From the NCBI GenBank assembly GCA_964016885.1, contig OZ024747.1, forward strand, positions 55,180,001 through 55,244,000: a DNA stretch of 64,000 bases. The letters are read 5' to 3'. A program made the translations under genes and the position numbers. Shown here piece by piece: positions 14,205 to 27,105 of this stretch; the first letter of the stretch is position 1, and each line of letters begins with the position of its first letter. Source of the DNA: Eledone cirrhosa. Its lineage: Eukaryota. A model generated the notes under the pieces. The model did no database searches. It had not been told where the DNA came from and saw only the letters and a list, made by a program, of their open reading frames with translations.

Positions 14205-14387
14205 TTGTTTCTACTTTTGGCACAAGGCCAGCAATTACCCAGTGCATTACTGGTACTTTATTTTATCGACCCCGTAAGGATGAAAGGCAAAGTCAACCTC
14301 GGCGGGATTTGAACTCAGATCGTAAAGGGACGTAACTATGCTGGAAAGCATGGCGTCCGACCCTCTACCGATACTGCCAATCCACCG
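14205..14387 (-). mobile_element. tRNA-derived SINE, short variant, well preserved
   Basis: Full reverse-complement match to the family from GGTGGATTGGCAGTATCGGTAGA to CCTTGTGCCAAAAGTAGAAAC. Confidence 0.9.
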
Positions 14388-14844
14388 ATATAGATAATGA
14401 ACACAAACAGAAGAATATTGTCCGAACGTGGAAGTGCCGAACTACCACTGTCATATCCTCCATCTCTCTCGCCCTCCCCGTCTCTCTGTATGGTGAGCAA
14501 ATGGGGTCCAACGTGCTGGCCTCCCCACAGCCCTGGCGGGCAGAAAGGCGTTTCCTCGGAGGATTGTAACATTGCTTAGTGGTTAGGTAGCTGGATAACG
14601 ATTGAAAGATGGCGAGTTCGATTCACACGTGATGTATTATTGAGCAAAACATTAAACAGCATCATAAACAATATTATCATAACACGTATGAACATTATGA
14701 TAGTTATCACTATCATAACTAAAGACATTATCATGACGACAACCATTAACTCTGCTGCCAGGATAAGCAACAATCAAATACAACATACTGTCATCACCAT
14801 CAATATACAGCATCATCAACAACAGCAATATTATAACAATGAAT

Positions 14845-15024
14845 TGGTGGATTTGCAGGGTCGGATGCTATGCTTTGCAGCCAAGAGTTACGGCCCTTGC
14901 CATTCTGAGTTCAAATCCCGCCGAGGCTAACTTTGCCTTTCATCCTTACGCGGTCGATAAAATAAAGTACCAGTAATACACTGGGTATTTGCTGGCCTTG
15001 TGACAAAAGTAGAAACAAGTATTA
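14845..15024 (+). mobile_element. tRNA-derived SINE
   Basis: GAGTTCAAATCCCGCCGAGG B box, family core and CCTTGTGACAAAAGTAGAAAC end. Confidence 0.85.
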
Positions 15025-15059
15025 TCACAATGAATATAAACAATGTCGAAACCATCATC

Positions 15060-16378
15060 TATGAACACCATAACCATCATCATCAACATCATAACCATCA
15101 TCATCAACACCATAACCATCATCATCAACACCATAACCATCATCATCAACACGATAACCATCATCATCAACACCATGACCATCATCATCAACACCATAAC
15201 CTTCATCAACACCATAACCATCATCATCAACACCATAACCATCATCATCAACATCATAACCATCATCATCAACACCATAACCATCATCATCAACACCATA
15301 ACCTTCATCATCAACACCATGACCATCATCATCAACACCATAACCTTCATCATGAACACCATAACCATCATCATGAACACCATAACCATCATCATCAACA
15401 ACATAACCATCATCATCAACACCATAACCATCATCATGAACACCATAACCATCATCATCAACACCATGACCATCATCATCAACACCATAACCTTCATCAA
15501 CACCATAACCATCATCATGAACACCATAACCATCATCATCAACATCATAACCATCATCATCAACACCATGACCATCATCATCAACACCATAACCTTCATC
15601 AACACCATAACCATCATCATGAACACCATAACCATCATCATCAACACCATAACCATCATCATCAACACCATAACCATCATCATGAACACCATAACCATCA
15701 TCATGAACACCATAACCATCATCATGAACACCATAACCATCATCATGAACACCATAACCATCATCATCAACACCATAACCATCATCATCAACATCATAAC
15801 CATCATCATCAACACCATAACCATCATCATCAACACCATAACCATCATCATCAACACCATAACCATCATCATCAACACCATAACCATCATCCTCAACACC
15901 ATAACCATCATCATCAACACCATAACCATCATCATGAACACCATAACCATCATCATCAACACCATAACCATCATCATGAAGACCATAACCATCATCATCA
16001 ACACCATAACCATCATCATCAACATCATAACCATCATCATCAACACCATAACCATCATCATCAACACCATAACCATCATCATGAAGACCATAACCATCAT
16101 CATCAACACCATAACCATCATCCTCAACACCATAACCATCATCATCAACACCATAACCATCATCATCAATACCATAACCATCATCAACACCATAACCATC
16201 ATCATCAACACCACAACCATCATCAACACCATAACCATCATCATCAATACCATAACCATCATCAACACCATAACCATCATCATCAAGACCATAACCATCA
16301 TCATCAACACCATAACCATCATCATCAACACCATAACCATCATCATCAACACCATAACCATTACCATTAACACCATAA
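15060..16378. repeat. 21-bp minisatellite (CAACACCATAACCATCATCAT)n
   Basis: About 60 units with point variants. Confidence 0.95.
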
Positions 16379-19300
16379 CCAACAACAACAGTAACAACAA
16401 CAGTAACAACAACAACAGTAACAACAACAACAGTAACAACAACAACAGTAACAACAACAACAGTAGCAGCAACACCATAACCAACAACAACAGTAACAAC
16501 AACAGTAACAACAACAACAGTAACAACAACAACAGTAACAACAACAACAGTAACAACAACAACAGTAACAACAACAACAACAGTAACAACAACAACAGTA
16601 ACAGCAACAACAACAGTAACAACAACAACAGTAACAACAACAACAGTAACAACAACACCATAACCAACAACAACAGTAACAACAACAACAGTAACAACAA
16701 CAACAACAGTAACAACAACAACAGTAACAACAACAGTAACAACAACAACCGTAACAACAACGACAGTAACAACAACAACAGTAACAACAACAGTAACAAC
16801 AACAACAGTAACAACAACAACAGTAACAACAACAACAGTAACAACAACAACAACAGTAACAACAACAACAGTAACAACAACAACAACAGTAACAACAACA
16901 ACAGTAACAACAACAACCGTAACAACAACGACAGTAACAACAACAACAGTAACAACAACAGTAACAACAACAACAGTAACAACAACAACAGTAACAACAA
17001 CAACAGTAACAACAACAACAACAGTAACAACAACAACAGTAACAGCAACAACAACAGTAACAACAACAACAGTAACAACAACAACAGTAACAACAACACC
17101 ATAACCAACAACAACAGTAACAACAACAACAGTAACAACAACAACAACAGTAACAACAACAACAGTAACAACAACAGTAACAACAACAACCGTAACAACA
17201 ACGACAGTAACAACAACAACAGTAACAACAACAGTAACAACAACAACAGTAACAACAACAACAGTAACAACAACAACAGTAACAACAACAACAACAGTAA
17301 CAACAACAACAGTAACAACAACAGTAACAACAACAACAGTAACAACAACAACAGTAACAACAACAACAACAGTAACAACAACAACAGTAACAGCAACAAC
17401 AACAGTAACAACAACAACAGTAACAACAACAACAGTAACAACAACACCATAACCAACAACAACAGTAACAACAACAACAGTAACAACAACAACAACAGTA
17501 ACAACAACAACAGTAACAACAACAGTAACAACAACAACCGTAACAACAACGACAGTAACAACAACAACAGTAACAACAACAGTAACAACAACAACAGTAA
17601 CAACAATAACAGTAACAACAACAGTAACAACAACAACAGTAACAACAACAACAGTAACAACAACAACAGTAACAACAACAACAGTAACAACAACAACAGT
17701 AACAACAACACCATAACCAACAACAACAGTAACAACAACAACAGTAACAACAACAACAACAGTAACAACAACAACAGTAACAACAACAACAGTAACAACA
17801 ACAACAACAGTAACAACAACAACAGTAACAACAACAACAGTAACAACAACAACAGTAACAACAACACCATAACCAACAACAACAGTAACAACAACAACAG
17901 TAACAACAACAACAGTAACAACAACAACAACAGTAACAACAACAACAGTAACAACAACAACAGTAACAACAACAACAGTAACAACAACACCATAACCAAC
18001 AACAACAGTAACAACAACAACAGTAACAACAACAACAGTAACAACAACAACAGTAACAACAACAACAGTAACAACAACACCATAACCAACAACAACAGTA
18101 ACAACAACAACAGTAACAACAACAACAACAGTAACAACAACAACAGTAACAACAACAACAGTAACAACAACAACAACAGTAACAACAACAACAGTAACAA
18201 CAACAACAGTAACAACAACAACAGTAACAACAACACCATAACCAACAACAACAGTAACAACAACAACAGTAACAACAACAACAGTAACAACAACAACAAC
18301 AGTAACAACAACAACAGTAACAACAACAACAGTAACAACAACAACAGTAACAACAACACCATAACCAACAACAACAGTAACAACAACAACAGTAACAACA
18401 ACAACAGTAACAACAACAACAGTAACAACAACAACAGTAACAACAACACCATAACCAACAACAACAGTAACAACAACAACAGTAACAACAACAACAACAG
18501 TAACAACAACAACAGTAACAACAACAACAGTAACAACAACAACAACAGTAACAACAACAACAGTAACAACAACAACAGTAACAACAACAACAGTAACAAC
18601 AACACCATAACCAACAACAACAGTAACAACAACAACAGTAACAACAACAACAACAGTAACAACAACAACAGTAACAACAACAACAGTAACAACAACAACA
18701 GTAACAACAACACCATAACCAACAACAACAGTAACAACAACAACAGTAACAACAACAACAGTAACAACAACAACAGTAACAGCAACAACAACAGTAACAA
18801 CAACAACAGTAACAACAACAACAGTAACAACAACAACAGTAACAACAACAACAACAGTAACAACAACAACAGTAACAACAACACCATAACCAACAACAAC
18901 AGTAACAACAACAACAACAGTAACAACAACAACAGTAACAACAACAACAGTAACAACAACACCATAACCAACAACAACAGTAACAACAACAACAACAGTA
19001 ACAACAACAACAGTAACAACAACAACAGTAACAGCAACAACAACAGTAACAACAACAACAACAGTAACAACAACAACAGTAACAACAACAGTAACAACAA
19101 CAACAACAGTAACAACAACAACAGTAACAACAACACCATAACCAACAACAACAGTAACAACAACAACAGTAACAACAACAACAACAGTAACAACAACAAC
19201 AGTAACAACAACAGTAACAACAACAACAACAGTAACAACAACAGCAGTAACAACAACAACAGTAACAGCAACAACAACAGTAACAACAACAACAGTAACA

Positions 19301-19500
19301 ACAACACCATAACCAACAACAACAGTAACAACAACAACAACAGTAACAACAACAACAGTAACAACAACAACAGTAACAACAACAACAGTAACAACAACAA
19401 CAACAGTAACAACAACAACAGTAACAACAACAGTAACAACAACAACAGTAACAACAACAACAACAGTAACAACAACAACAGTAACAACAACAGTAACAAC
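16379..19500. repeat. [(AAC)3-5 AGT]n compound satellite punctuated by ACCATAACC
   Basis: 3.1 kb array read directly. Confidence 0.95.
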
Positions 19501-19639
19501 ATGCGCCAGAACCACGTTAAGCCATATAGAGAAGCTCTTTCAACAACACCTACTTCCAAAAATTAAAACAAACAAGAAGTAAAAAAAAAGAAAAATGGCA
19601 ACTTGCAACCAGACCCACATTTACAGAAACGGACATGTA

Positions 19640-20306
19640 CAGGTAGAGGTAGAGAGAGAGGGGGAGAGAGGAAGAGATGGGGGAGACCTAGTTAGAGAGA
19701 AAGGGGGAGATGTAGAGAGGGGGAGAGAGGAAGAGATGGGGAGATGTAGAGGTAGAGAGAGAGGGGAGAGAGGGAGACATGGGGGAGACGTAGAGTTAGA
19801 GAGAGAAGGGGAGAGGGTGAGGGAGAAAGATGGAGAGATGGAGAGATGGAGAGATGGAGAGAGAGAGAGAGAGGAGGGGGAGTGGTAGAGAGGAAGAGAT
19901 GGGGAGATGTAGGGTTAGAGAGAGAGGAAGACATGGGGAGACGCAGAGTTAGAAAGAGAAGGGGGAGGAAGAGAGGAAGAGAGGAAGAGATAGAGAGATG
20001 GAGAGATGTCAGAGAGTGAGAGGGGAGAGAGAGGGGGTGGATAAGATGGGTAGATGAAGATTTAGAGAGAGACGGGGGGAGAGGCAAAGAGTAAGAGATG
20101 GGGATATGTAGAGTTAGAGAGGGAGGGAGAGGGAGACATAGAGAGAGAGAGAGGAAGAGATGGGGATATGTAGAGTTAGAGAGAGAGGGAGAGAGACAGA
20201 GACAGAAGAGAGAGAGAATGATAGAGAGATAGAGGGAGAGAGGTATAGATGGGGGATGGAGAGAGAGAGAGGGAGAACGAGAGGGAGGGGAGGAGAGAGA
20301 GAGAGA
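19640..20306. repeat. Purine-rich GA low-complexity repeat with recurring GAGGAAGAGATGGGGAGATGTAGAG words
   Basis: Direct reading of the sequence. Confidence 0.85.
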
Positions 20307-20665
20307 ACCGCAAATGATTCATGTCCATCAATGCGAGACTTCCAATTGTGAATGAGTGCGCCGCAGGTTTTCAAGGTCGATCCAAACTATTGCCAAATTG
20401 CAAATGCAGCTTCTAATTTACCTCAACTGTACCACCCCTTTCACGCCCTACTTCATCAGGCCTCCACAAACACCAGCTTCCCTATCACCAGCTCCTCTCC
20501 TCATATATCCTTGCCATCCTAGTACATGTTTACCAAGCCCATCCTCTCAATATAATAACATACCCCACACAACACAATTCAATTTCATTAACTATTCCCA
20601 GTTGTATTAATTCTATTTCATTATTATATTTCAATCTATGACTGCAGGTAATATATATATATATA

Positions 20666-20792
<127 letters not shown>

Positions 20793-20836
20793 ATATATAT
20801 ATATGTATATATATATGTATGTATGTACATATACAT

Positions 20837-20912
<76 letters not shown>

Positions 20913-20916
<4 letters not shown>

Positions 20917-21310
20917 TCGCTGCCAACTCGTTTTCGAGTACGGCCACTACTTTATATCCATGTAGGAGAACGCCTACCGATGCGCTGAACGAGTGTGACT
21001 TTTTAGTCCAGCCAGCGACTTGAAAACTGGTACAAACACTTCACTTGTGACAGTTATTGACACATAGTACTGGGCCCATGGTACCATGTGACGACAAGTG
21101 CAGAGAGATCTCCAGATATAAAGCAATGCCTGTGCCGTGAAGCTTTTATAGTGAGCAAAGGCACTGCACAAAGCCAGTCCGACTCTCTTAACCAAGATGA
21201 TATTTACCAAAAAGAACAAGTCAACATCATTGGATATCATCAGGGTTGCAGGTGTTATATCAGAGTTTTCCTTCTCCTAGAATTCTGCCTTGACAAAGGC
21301 TAAGGGGTCA
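20913..21310 (-). mobile_element. Non-autonomous retroelement, probably RTE-related; further copies at 24311-24570 and about 32703-33000
   Basis: Three dispersed copies share the end ATGG(T/C)..C..CTCGTT.TCGAGTA.GGCC next to (TA)/(TACA)n. The minus strand has CTAGGAGAAGGAAAACTCTGA, which I recall as an RTE 5'-UTR-type motif. Confidence 0.6.
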
Positions 21311-21382
21311 TCTCTCTCTATATATATATATACACACACACATTTAAGCGTCCACCGTTTCATATAATAATTATCATTATTA

Positions 21383-22430
21383 GTGGATTGGCAGTATTGG
21401 TAGAGGGTCGGACACCATGCTTTGAAGCATAGAGTTACGTCCCTTTATGATCTGAGTTCAAATCCCGCCGAGGTTAACTTTGCCTTTCATCCTTACGGGG
21501 TCCATAAAATAAAGTACCAGTAATGTACTGGGTTATTGCTGGCCTTGTGCCTAAAAATAGAAACAATTATTAGTGGATTGGCACTATGGGTAGAGGGTCG
21601 GACGCCATGCTTTGTAGCACAGTTACAGCCCTTTACAGTCTGAGTTCAAATCCCGCCGAGGTTAACTCTGCCTTTCATCCTTACGGGGTCGATAAAATAA
21701 AGTACCAGTAATACACTGTAATAATTGCTGGCTTTGTGCCAAAAAAGTAGAAACCATTATTAAAAATATTATAGGGCGGTGGATTGGCAGTATCGGTAGA
21801 GGGTCGGACGTCATGCTTTGACGCATAGAATTACGGCCCTTGCCATTCTGAGTTCAAATCCCGCCGAGGTCAACTTTGCCTTTCATCCTTATGGGGTCGA
21901 TAAAATAAAGTACCAGTAATGCACTAGGATAATTGCTGGCCTTGTGCCAAAAGTAGAAACAATTATTAAAAATATTATATTTAACGTTATTGCTAATATG
22001 TTCAACATTGTTATTGTTATTATTGTTATTATTAGCAGAGCGTTAGACAAAATACTTGGTATTTGTTTACGCTCTTTTCGCGCAGTGTTCAAACGACGCC
22101 GAGATTAGCTTTGCTTTTCATCCTTACGGGGTGGATAAAATAAAACATTAGTGATGCACTGGGGCGGTTTTACGCTAAAATTGTTGACCTTGTGCCCAGA
22201 TCAGAAACATGGAATGGCTGTATCGGGAGAGCGTCGGATAGTTTGTTTTGTGGCAAAGAGGTATGGTTCTTTACATTCTGAATTCAAATATCGCTGAGAT
22301 TAGCGTTGCCTTGCATCCTTACGGGGTCGATAAAATATAGTACCAGTAATGCACTGGGGTTGATTTAATCAAAATTCCCCTCCCCTCAAATTGCTGGTCT
22401 TGTGCCTATATTAGAAATCATTGTTATTAT
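21383..22430 (+). mobile_element. Head-to-tail array of about 5 tRNA-derived SINE copies
   Basis: Units start at about 21383, 21573, 21775, 22035 (partial) and 22213. They show the A box TGGCAGTATCGG, the B box GAGTTCAAATC, the core CTTTGCCTTTCATCCTTACGGGGTCGATAAAATAAAGTACCAGT and the end CCTTGTGCC..AGAAAC(AATT/ATT)n. Confidence 0.92.
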
Positions 22431-22575
22431 CATTTGTACTAGTAGTAGTAGTAGCAACTGCAGCAGCGGCACTGCTGTAGGTGGTGGTAGAGTTAGAAGA
22501 AGTAGTCAGAGAAAAAACAGTAGCAATAGCAGCAGCAGTAATAGTAGTAGCAGCAGCAGCAGCAGCAGCAGCAAC

Positions 22576-22621
<46 letters not shown>

Positions 22622-23197
22622 ACAGCAGCAACAACAGCATTATATATAATTCATTATTACATTACCAAGCACTATTGATGTCCCTGACGAATTTTGTGGT
22701 GTTTATGATGAGAAGAATTGTGTAGATGAATGCGCTGATGATGATGGTGACGATGATAACGGCAATGATTGGATTGTTAATGGATATGATGAGGATGATG
22801 ATGTCGTTCATGTTGATAACTGTGAGGACAGGGTGACGCTTCTTTCAAAATTGAGGCTTCTTTGAAATTCATAACCTCCTGTCATTCAACAATTCTAAAA
22901 TTAGATCGTTTATTTTGAATGCCTGTAATATATATAAAGGAACATTTTGTTGGTATTGCTTTGGTGTAAATGTTAATCACTACTTAACGGTTTATTGCAG
23001 CTGACGGTTCGAGCCCTACGGGGAGTGTTATACAATACGTTTACATCTTATAAGAATATTTTTCATAGACATAGAGCATTGATGCTTCGTTCAGAATCAT
23101 ATATATATGTGTGTGTGTGTCTCTGTGTTTTGTAAGTGGTTGATATACATGCTTATATATGCATACATACATAATATTCACACACACAAACACACAG

Positions 23198-23231
<34 letters not shown>

Positions 23232-23349
23232 ACTCATATATATATATATATATAGGTTTGGGATGGTGGTTAGGGCGGAACAAGAGGAGAAAGGAAGAAA
23301 GGAGTTTCCTTCGTCAGCTGTAAATGTTCCCGATCCGATGTTTCGGCGC

Positions 23350-23391
<42 letters not shown>

Positions 23392-23537
23392 AGGAGCGAC
23401 ATATTGTCATATTGTTATATATATATGTAAATATTTGCTCTACGGTTCTTATATATTTGATATATATTTATCCTTATCGAGCCCTCTTTGGATTTTAGTC
23501 TTCACATTTATTATTATTACTATATATATATATATTC

Positions 23538-23581
23538 TATCAAAGTTCTTTCGTTACATATCTGTAACATCATCAGTGGTA
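23538..23581 (-). ncRNA. Minimal type I hammerhead ribozyme motif (slightly degenerate)
   Basis: TACCA-CTGATGA-T-GTTACA-gata-TGTAAC-GAAA-GAAC-TT-TGATA; stem I has one mismatch. Confidence 0.6.
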
Positions 23582-23998
23582 CTATAATGTACCCTCCTTT
23601 GGTATTGTAATGTTTACGCCCTTTTAATTAAATTATTTATTAATTCTTGTCTCTGTCAATGTTTGCTCATGCGTTTGCGTGTGTGTTTTCTGTTTGATGT
23701 GTGTCTTCGTATTTGAGTCTATGCGTGTTTGGGTGTGGTTGTTGTTGTTGTTGTTGGAATAACAACAACAACCATATTCAAACACACATTACTAACCTAA
23801 GCTGAGTATAAATAAGTATATATATAATTAAGTACAATAACAACAAACACACATAGACTCAAACACGAACACACACACCCAACATAAAACACACACGCAA
23901 ACGCATCCACCAACATAGGCAGAGATACAAATAAATAAATAAGGAAAGAAAATTAAAATGGCGTAGACATTTTAATGCAACGGGGGGAAACATAATAG

Positions 23999-24042
23999 AA
24001 CCACTGATGATGTCACAGACGTGTGACGAAAGAATGTTGATA
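23999..24042 (+). ncRNA. Degenerate hammerhead motif, paralogue of 23538-23581
   Basis: CTGATGA-T-GTCACA-gacg-TGTGAC-GAAA with a compensatory stem II change; the cleavage triplet is mutated. Confidence 0.5.
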
Positions 24043-24595
24043 CACTATATATATATATCTTTATATCTGTATTTTGGTCAACCAATGATAAACATTGATT
24101 ACCAGATAAATTAACTATCGATATATAAAAGATGCAGAAGCGAAAACCAATCTAAACCAAAGAGTGAGTGCTTTTTTTAATTATTTATGGCAATATTATA
24201 ACATTATGACCCTTCCCAAATATAACAATATTTGTTTCAACACACGATTTCATATAAAACACCTTGCAAAACAAATATATATATATATACATACATACGT
24301 ACATACATACATGGTGGCTGCCAACTCGTTTTCGAGTACGGCCTCTACTTTATATCCATGTAGGAGAACCCCTACCGATGCGCTGAACGAACGTGACTTT
24401 TTAGTCCAGCCAGCGACTTGAAAACTCTGATACAAACACTACACTTATGACAATTATTGACACATAGTGCTGGGCCCATGGTACCTTGTGACGACAAGTG
24501 CAGAGAGATCTCCAGATATAAAGCAATGCCTGTGCTGTGAAGCTTTTATAGTGAGCAAAGGCACTGCACAATATACATATATACATACATACATG

Positions 24596-24633
<38 letters not shown>

Positions 24634-24635
<2 letters not shown>

Positions 24636-24833
24636 AACAAGTATGACCCCGACGGCAGAGCTCAAGCCGTTTCGACCAGGCTAAAAATTCATATTTAGTC
24701 CAGAAATAGCCGTCGAAACGGATTGAGCTCTGCCGTCGGGGTCATACTTGTTCATATTACCCACTCTACTACCCTAAGTATTGAGTACTTTGGTGCGTTA
24801 TGGTCCATCTGGTTCCTTGCCACAATTCCTTCA
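24634..24833 (+). mobile_element. Fold-back repeat family, copy 1 (42-bp arms plus 80-bp unique tail)
   Basis: 24635-24676 is inverted at 24712-24753; the tail ATTACCCACTCTACTACCCTAAGTATTGAG... is shared with 41728-42124 and 43104-43310. Strand is arbitrary. Confidence 0.8.
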
Positions 24834-24891
24834 TCTCTCTCTCTATATATATATTGAGAAAACAGAGAGGGAGAGATAAAATAAGAGATAG

Positions 24892-24940
<49 letters not shown>

Positions 24941-26527
24941 AGGGAGGAAGAGTAAAACAGAAATATACTGATAAAACGACAGAAAAAAGTGAATAAATAG
25001 AAAGTTAGAAAGATCATTAGAGAGGTATTTAGTTTCATCCGACTGAATATATATTACATTAGAAAATTATAGTTTACACTAATGGGTTCCTGATTCAAAT
25101 TGTATATATTTCAGTATTGAATACAATTGATTAAGAGTGAAGTGAAAATATTTGAAAGCAAAATGTGAGATTTTGATATTAGCCTGACAATCAAAATGGT
25201 AATATTCCTAGCTTAAACTGTCTTCCAGAACATTACTGAAAGTAAAGAAATATAAGAATTGATATTATAGTTTAAAGTAGCTGAATTCGCTGAGACAGCA
25301 GACTGTCAGACTAAATGCATTACTGCTTATTTTATTTGTATCCTCTTAGCTTCAAGTTCAAATAATTCCACAAGATTGTGTTTTTTTTATATCCTTTGCA
25401 AGCTGATATAAAATATCGTAACATCGATATAGTTCATTATGCATTTTCCCTCACGACATATTCCCTATCTCTTCCTAAACTATTCTTTTACCCATTTCTG
25501 TTTCCGTTCAGCGGCCATTTTGAGGTCACCATTTTGAAGGTTTTAGTCGAGCGCTTATCAAACTGATAAATACCAGCTACCCCATAAAATATATCAGAAG
25601 AATGCCCCCATCCTTCATTATTAATGGGAAGACAAAATATAGTTATATAATATAATAAAATTTCATTGTAATAGAATTATGAGTATCAGAAAACATCGCA
25701 ACTTTTATTAAACATGACAATCGACCCACCCCATTTACTATCCCTAGAGTCCCCTCAATCAGAAACATTGGATTCGTCTATCCTATGACCCCATGATAGA
25801 TTTCAGTCCGTTATTTATTTCATCGAGTGTTGATTGTCGAACCACTTGTAAACTTAACAAAGTAAGGCACCAATAGATTATAATGCAAAGTTGTGGAGTA
25901 CAACGAAATATATTTGCCTTCATTGTCTTCAATGATTTATAATTCCCTGATCCAGGATATTTATGAGTAAAAACCTCCATCTGTGACCATCCTATCTACG
26001 TTTTCCACACGGTAGATATAGGAGTACAATATATAATGTGTCCTTTCCTTATTTAAGATGGTAAATGATATTTGATAAATACGTGGCTGATATATCTAGC
26101 AAGTGTCCTGTTGAATCTCCTTCAGAATTAGTTTAAGGATGAACATGTTTGAAGAATACTCAGCCACTTACATGTTAATGTTAATTTAAAGAGAAGGAAG
26201 TTCTATTGATTGAATGACAAGAACTCTCATTGTCGAAGCCAGCGGAGATATTCTTTAAGTACATACAATACCAAACTCTAGAATTTTGAAGCATTATTTG
26301 CTTTCATGGTATGTGATCTAGTGTTTAAATTGATGGACTGGACTCGCCATGTGTTCAAATTCTGGACCTGGTGTGCTGTGGTCTTGAACAAAAGTCGCTT
26401 GTGCCAGGTGTCGCAACAAACAGGATAATATTCAGCAATGGAAAGAACAACCGTAGTATTGTTTCCTCGATCAGATTTTACAATCGGCTCCTCTCCTATT
26501 CTTTTCTGTACTGTTAGCTATATATCT

Positions 26528-27105
26528 ATGTGGAGCTATGTAGAACGACTATTGTCGCGGGTGGGACCAATACGGTTGACCATTGTCATGATCAAACCGC
26601 CACCCTCCTTCAAAAACGAAGGAGAGGCGGTTTTCCTTTGTGTGATAGCTATGGCGGAAGAGGCTGTATGGTGGACGAAGTTAAAAGGGCTGAGGTCAGA
26701 CAGCTTTCTCTCCGGCCAACAACTGATTCTTTTTTTCAAATACCACTTTGGAAGAAGAATCAGGATAGAGAGAGAGGTGTTTTACCCCAGCAGGTTTTAT
26801 GAAAGGTGGGTGAAAGTGGCGAGAATGGCCCGAGTGAATGGGCCTTCTCTCTATATCAGCCTGTAGGTTGAGGAAAAAGAGGAAGAGAGGAAAGGGGTAC
26901 AAACTCTTCGTACTCCTGGAGACGAGGGTTGCACATTCTTTCGGGGGTATGTGTTACCCATATGAAATGTCTCCACCTATTGGGGAAAATCGATTAATTT
27001 TTAAATTGCATTTCTGATAGTATTTTACACGTTTTTATTGTATGTAAACTTCCCCCTTTCTATTTGTCCTCTTCTGTTGTGCCCCTGTGGCCAATAAAGA
27101 AACAT
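26528..27105 (+). mobile_element. 5'-truncated Tx1 sister-family copy (ORF2 C-terminus and 3' UTR) with (CTAT)n tail
   Basis: MWSYVERLLSRVGPIRL..EGEAVFLCVIAMAEEAVWWTKLKGL..ERWVKVARMARVNGPSL is homologous to ORF 5273-5620; ends GTGGCCAATAAAGAAAC then (CTAT)n. Confidence 0.9.

Larger units (their letters stand above)
23535..24045. mobile_element. Diverged inverted repeat of a PLE-terminus-like sequence with outward-facing hammerhead motifs
   Basis: 23535-23760 is a diverged reverse complement of about 23830-24045; flanked by (TA)n. The neighbouring 23430-23520 matches in reverse complement the sequence at 45630-45717, which is joined to a PLE GIY-YIG fragment. Confidence 0.65.

Noticed and set aside
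14946-19566. ORFs of about 1500 aa on both strands
   Set aside because: Read-through of stop-free triplet repeats (poly-L, poly-V, poly-N); no domain and open on both strands.
21383-21480. tRNA genes
   Set aside because: A and B boxes are present but spacing is extended, there is no cloverleaf, and the sequence continues into a SINE body.
23290-23352. CTGACGA and GAAAC motifs on the minus strand
   Set aside because: Order and pairing do not give a valid hammerhead; the hairpin after CTGACGA is not followed by GAAA.
25700-25960. Possible Tc1/mariner transposase remnant (KHDNRPT resembling QQDNAP)
   Set aside because: Single weak motif with no supporting downstream motifs or terminal inverted repeats.
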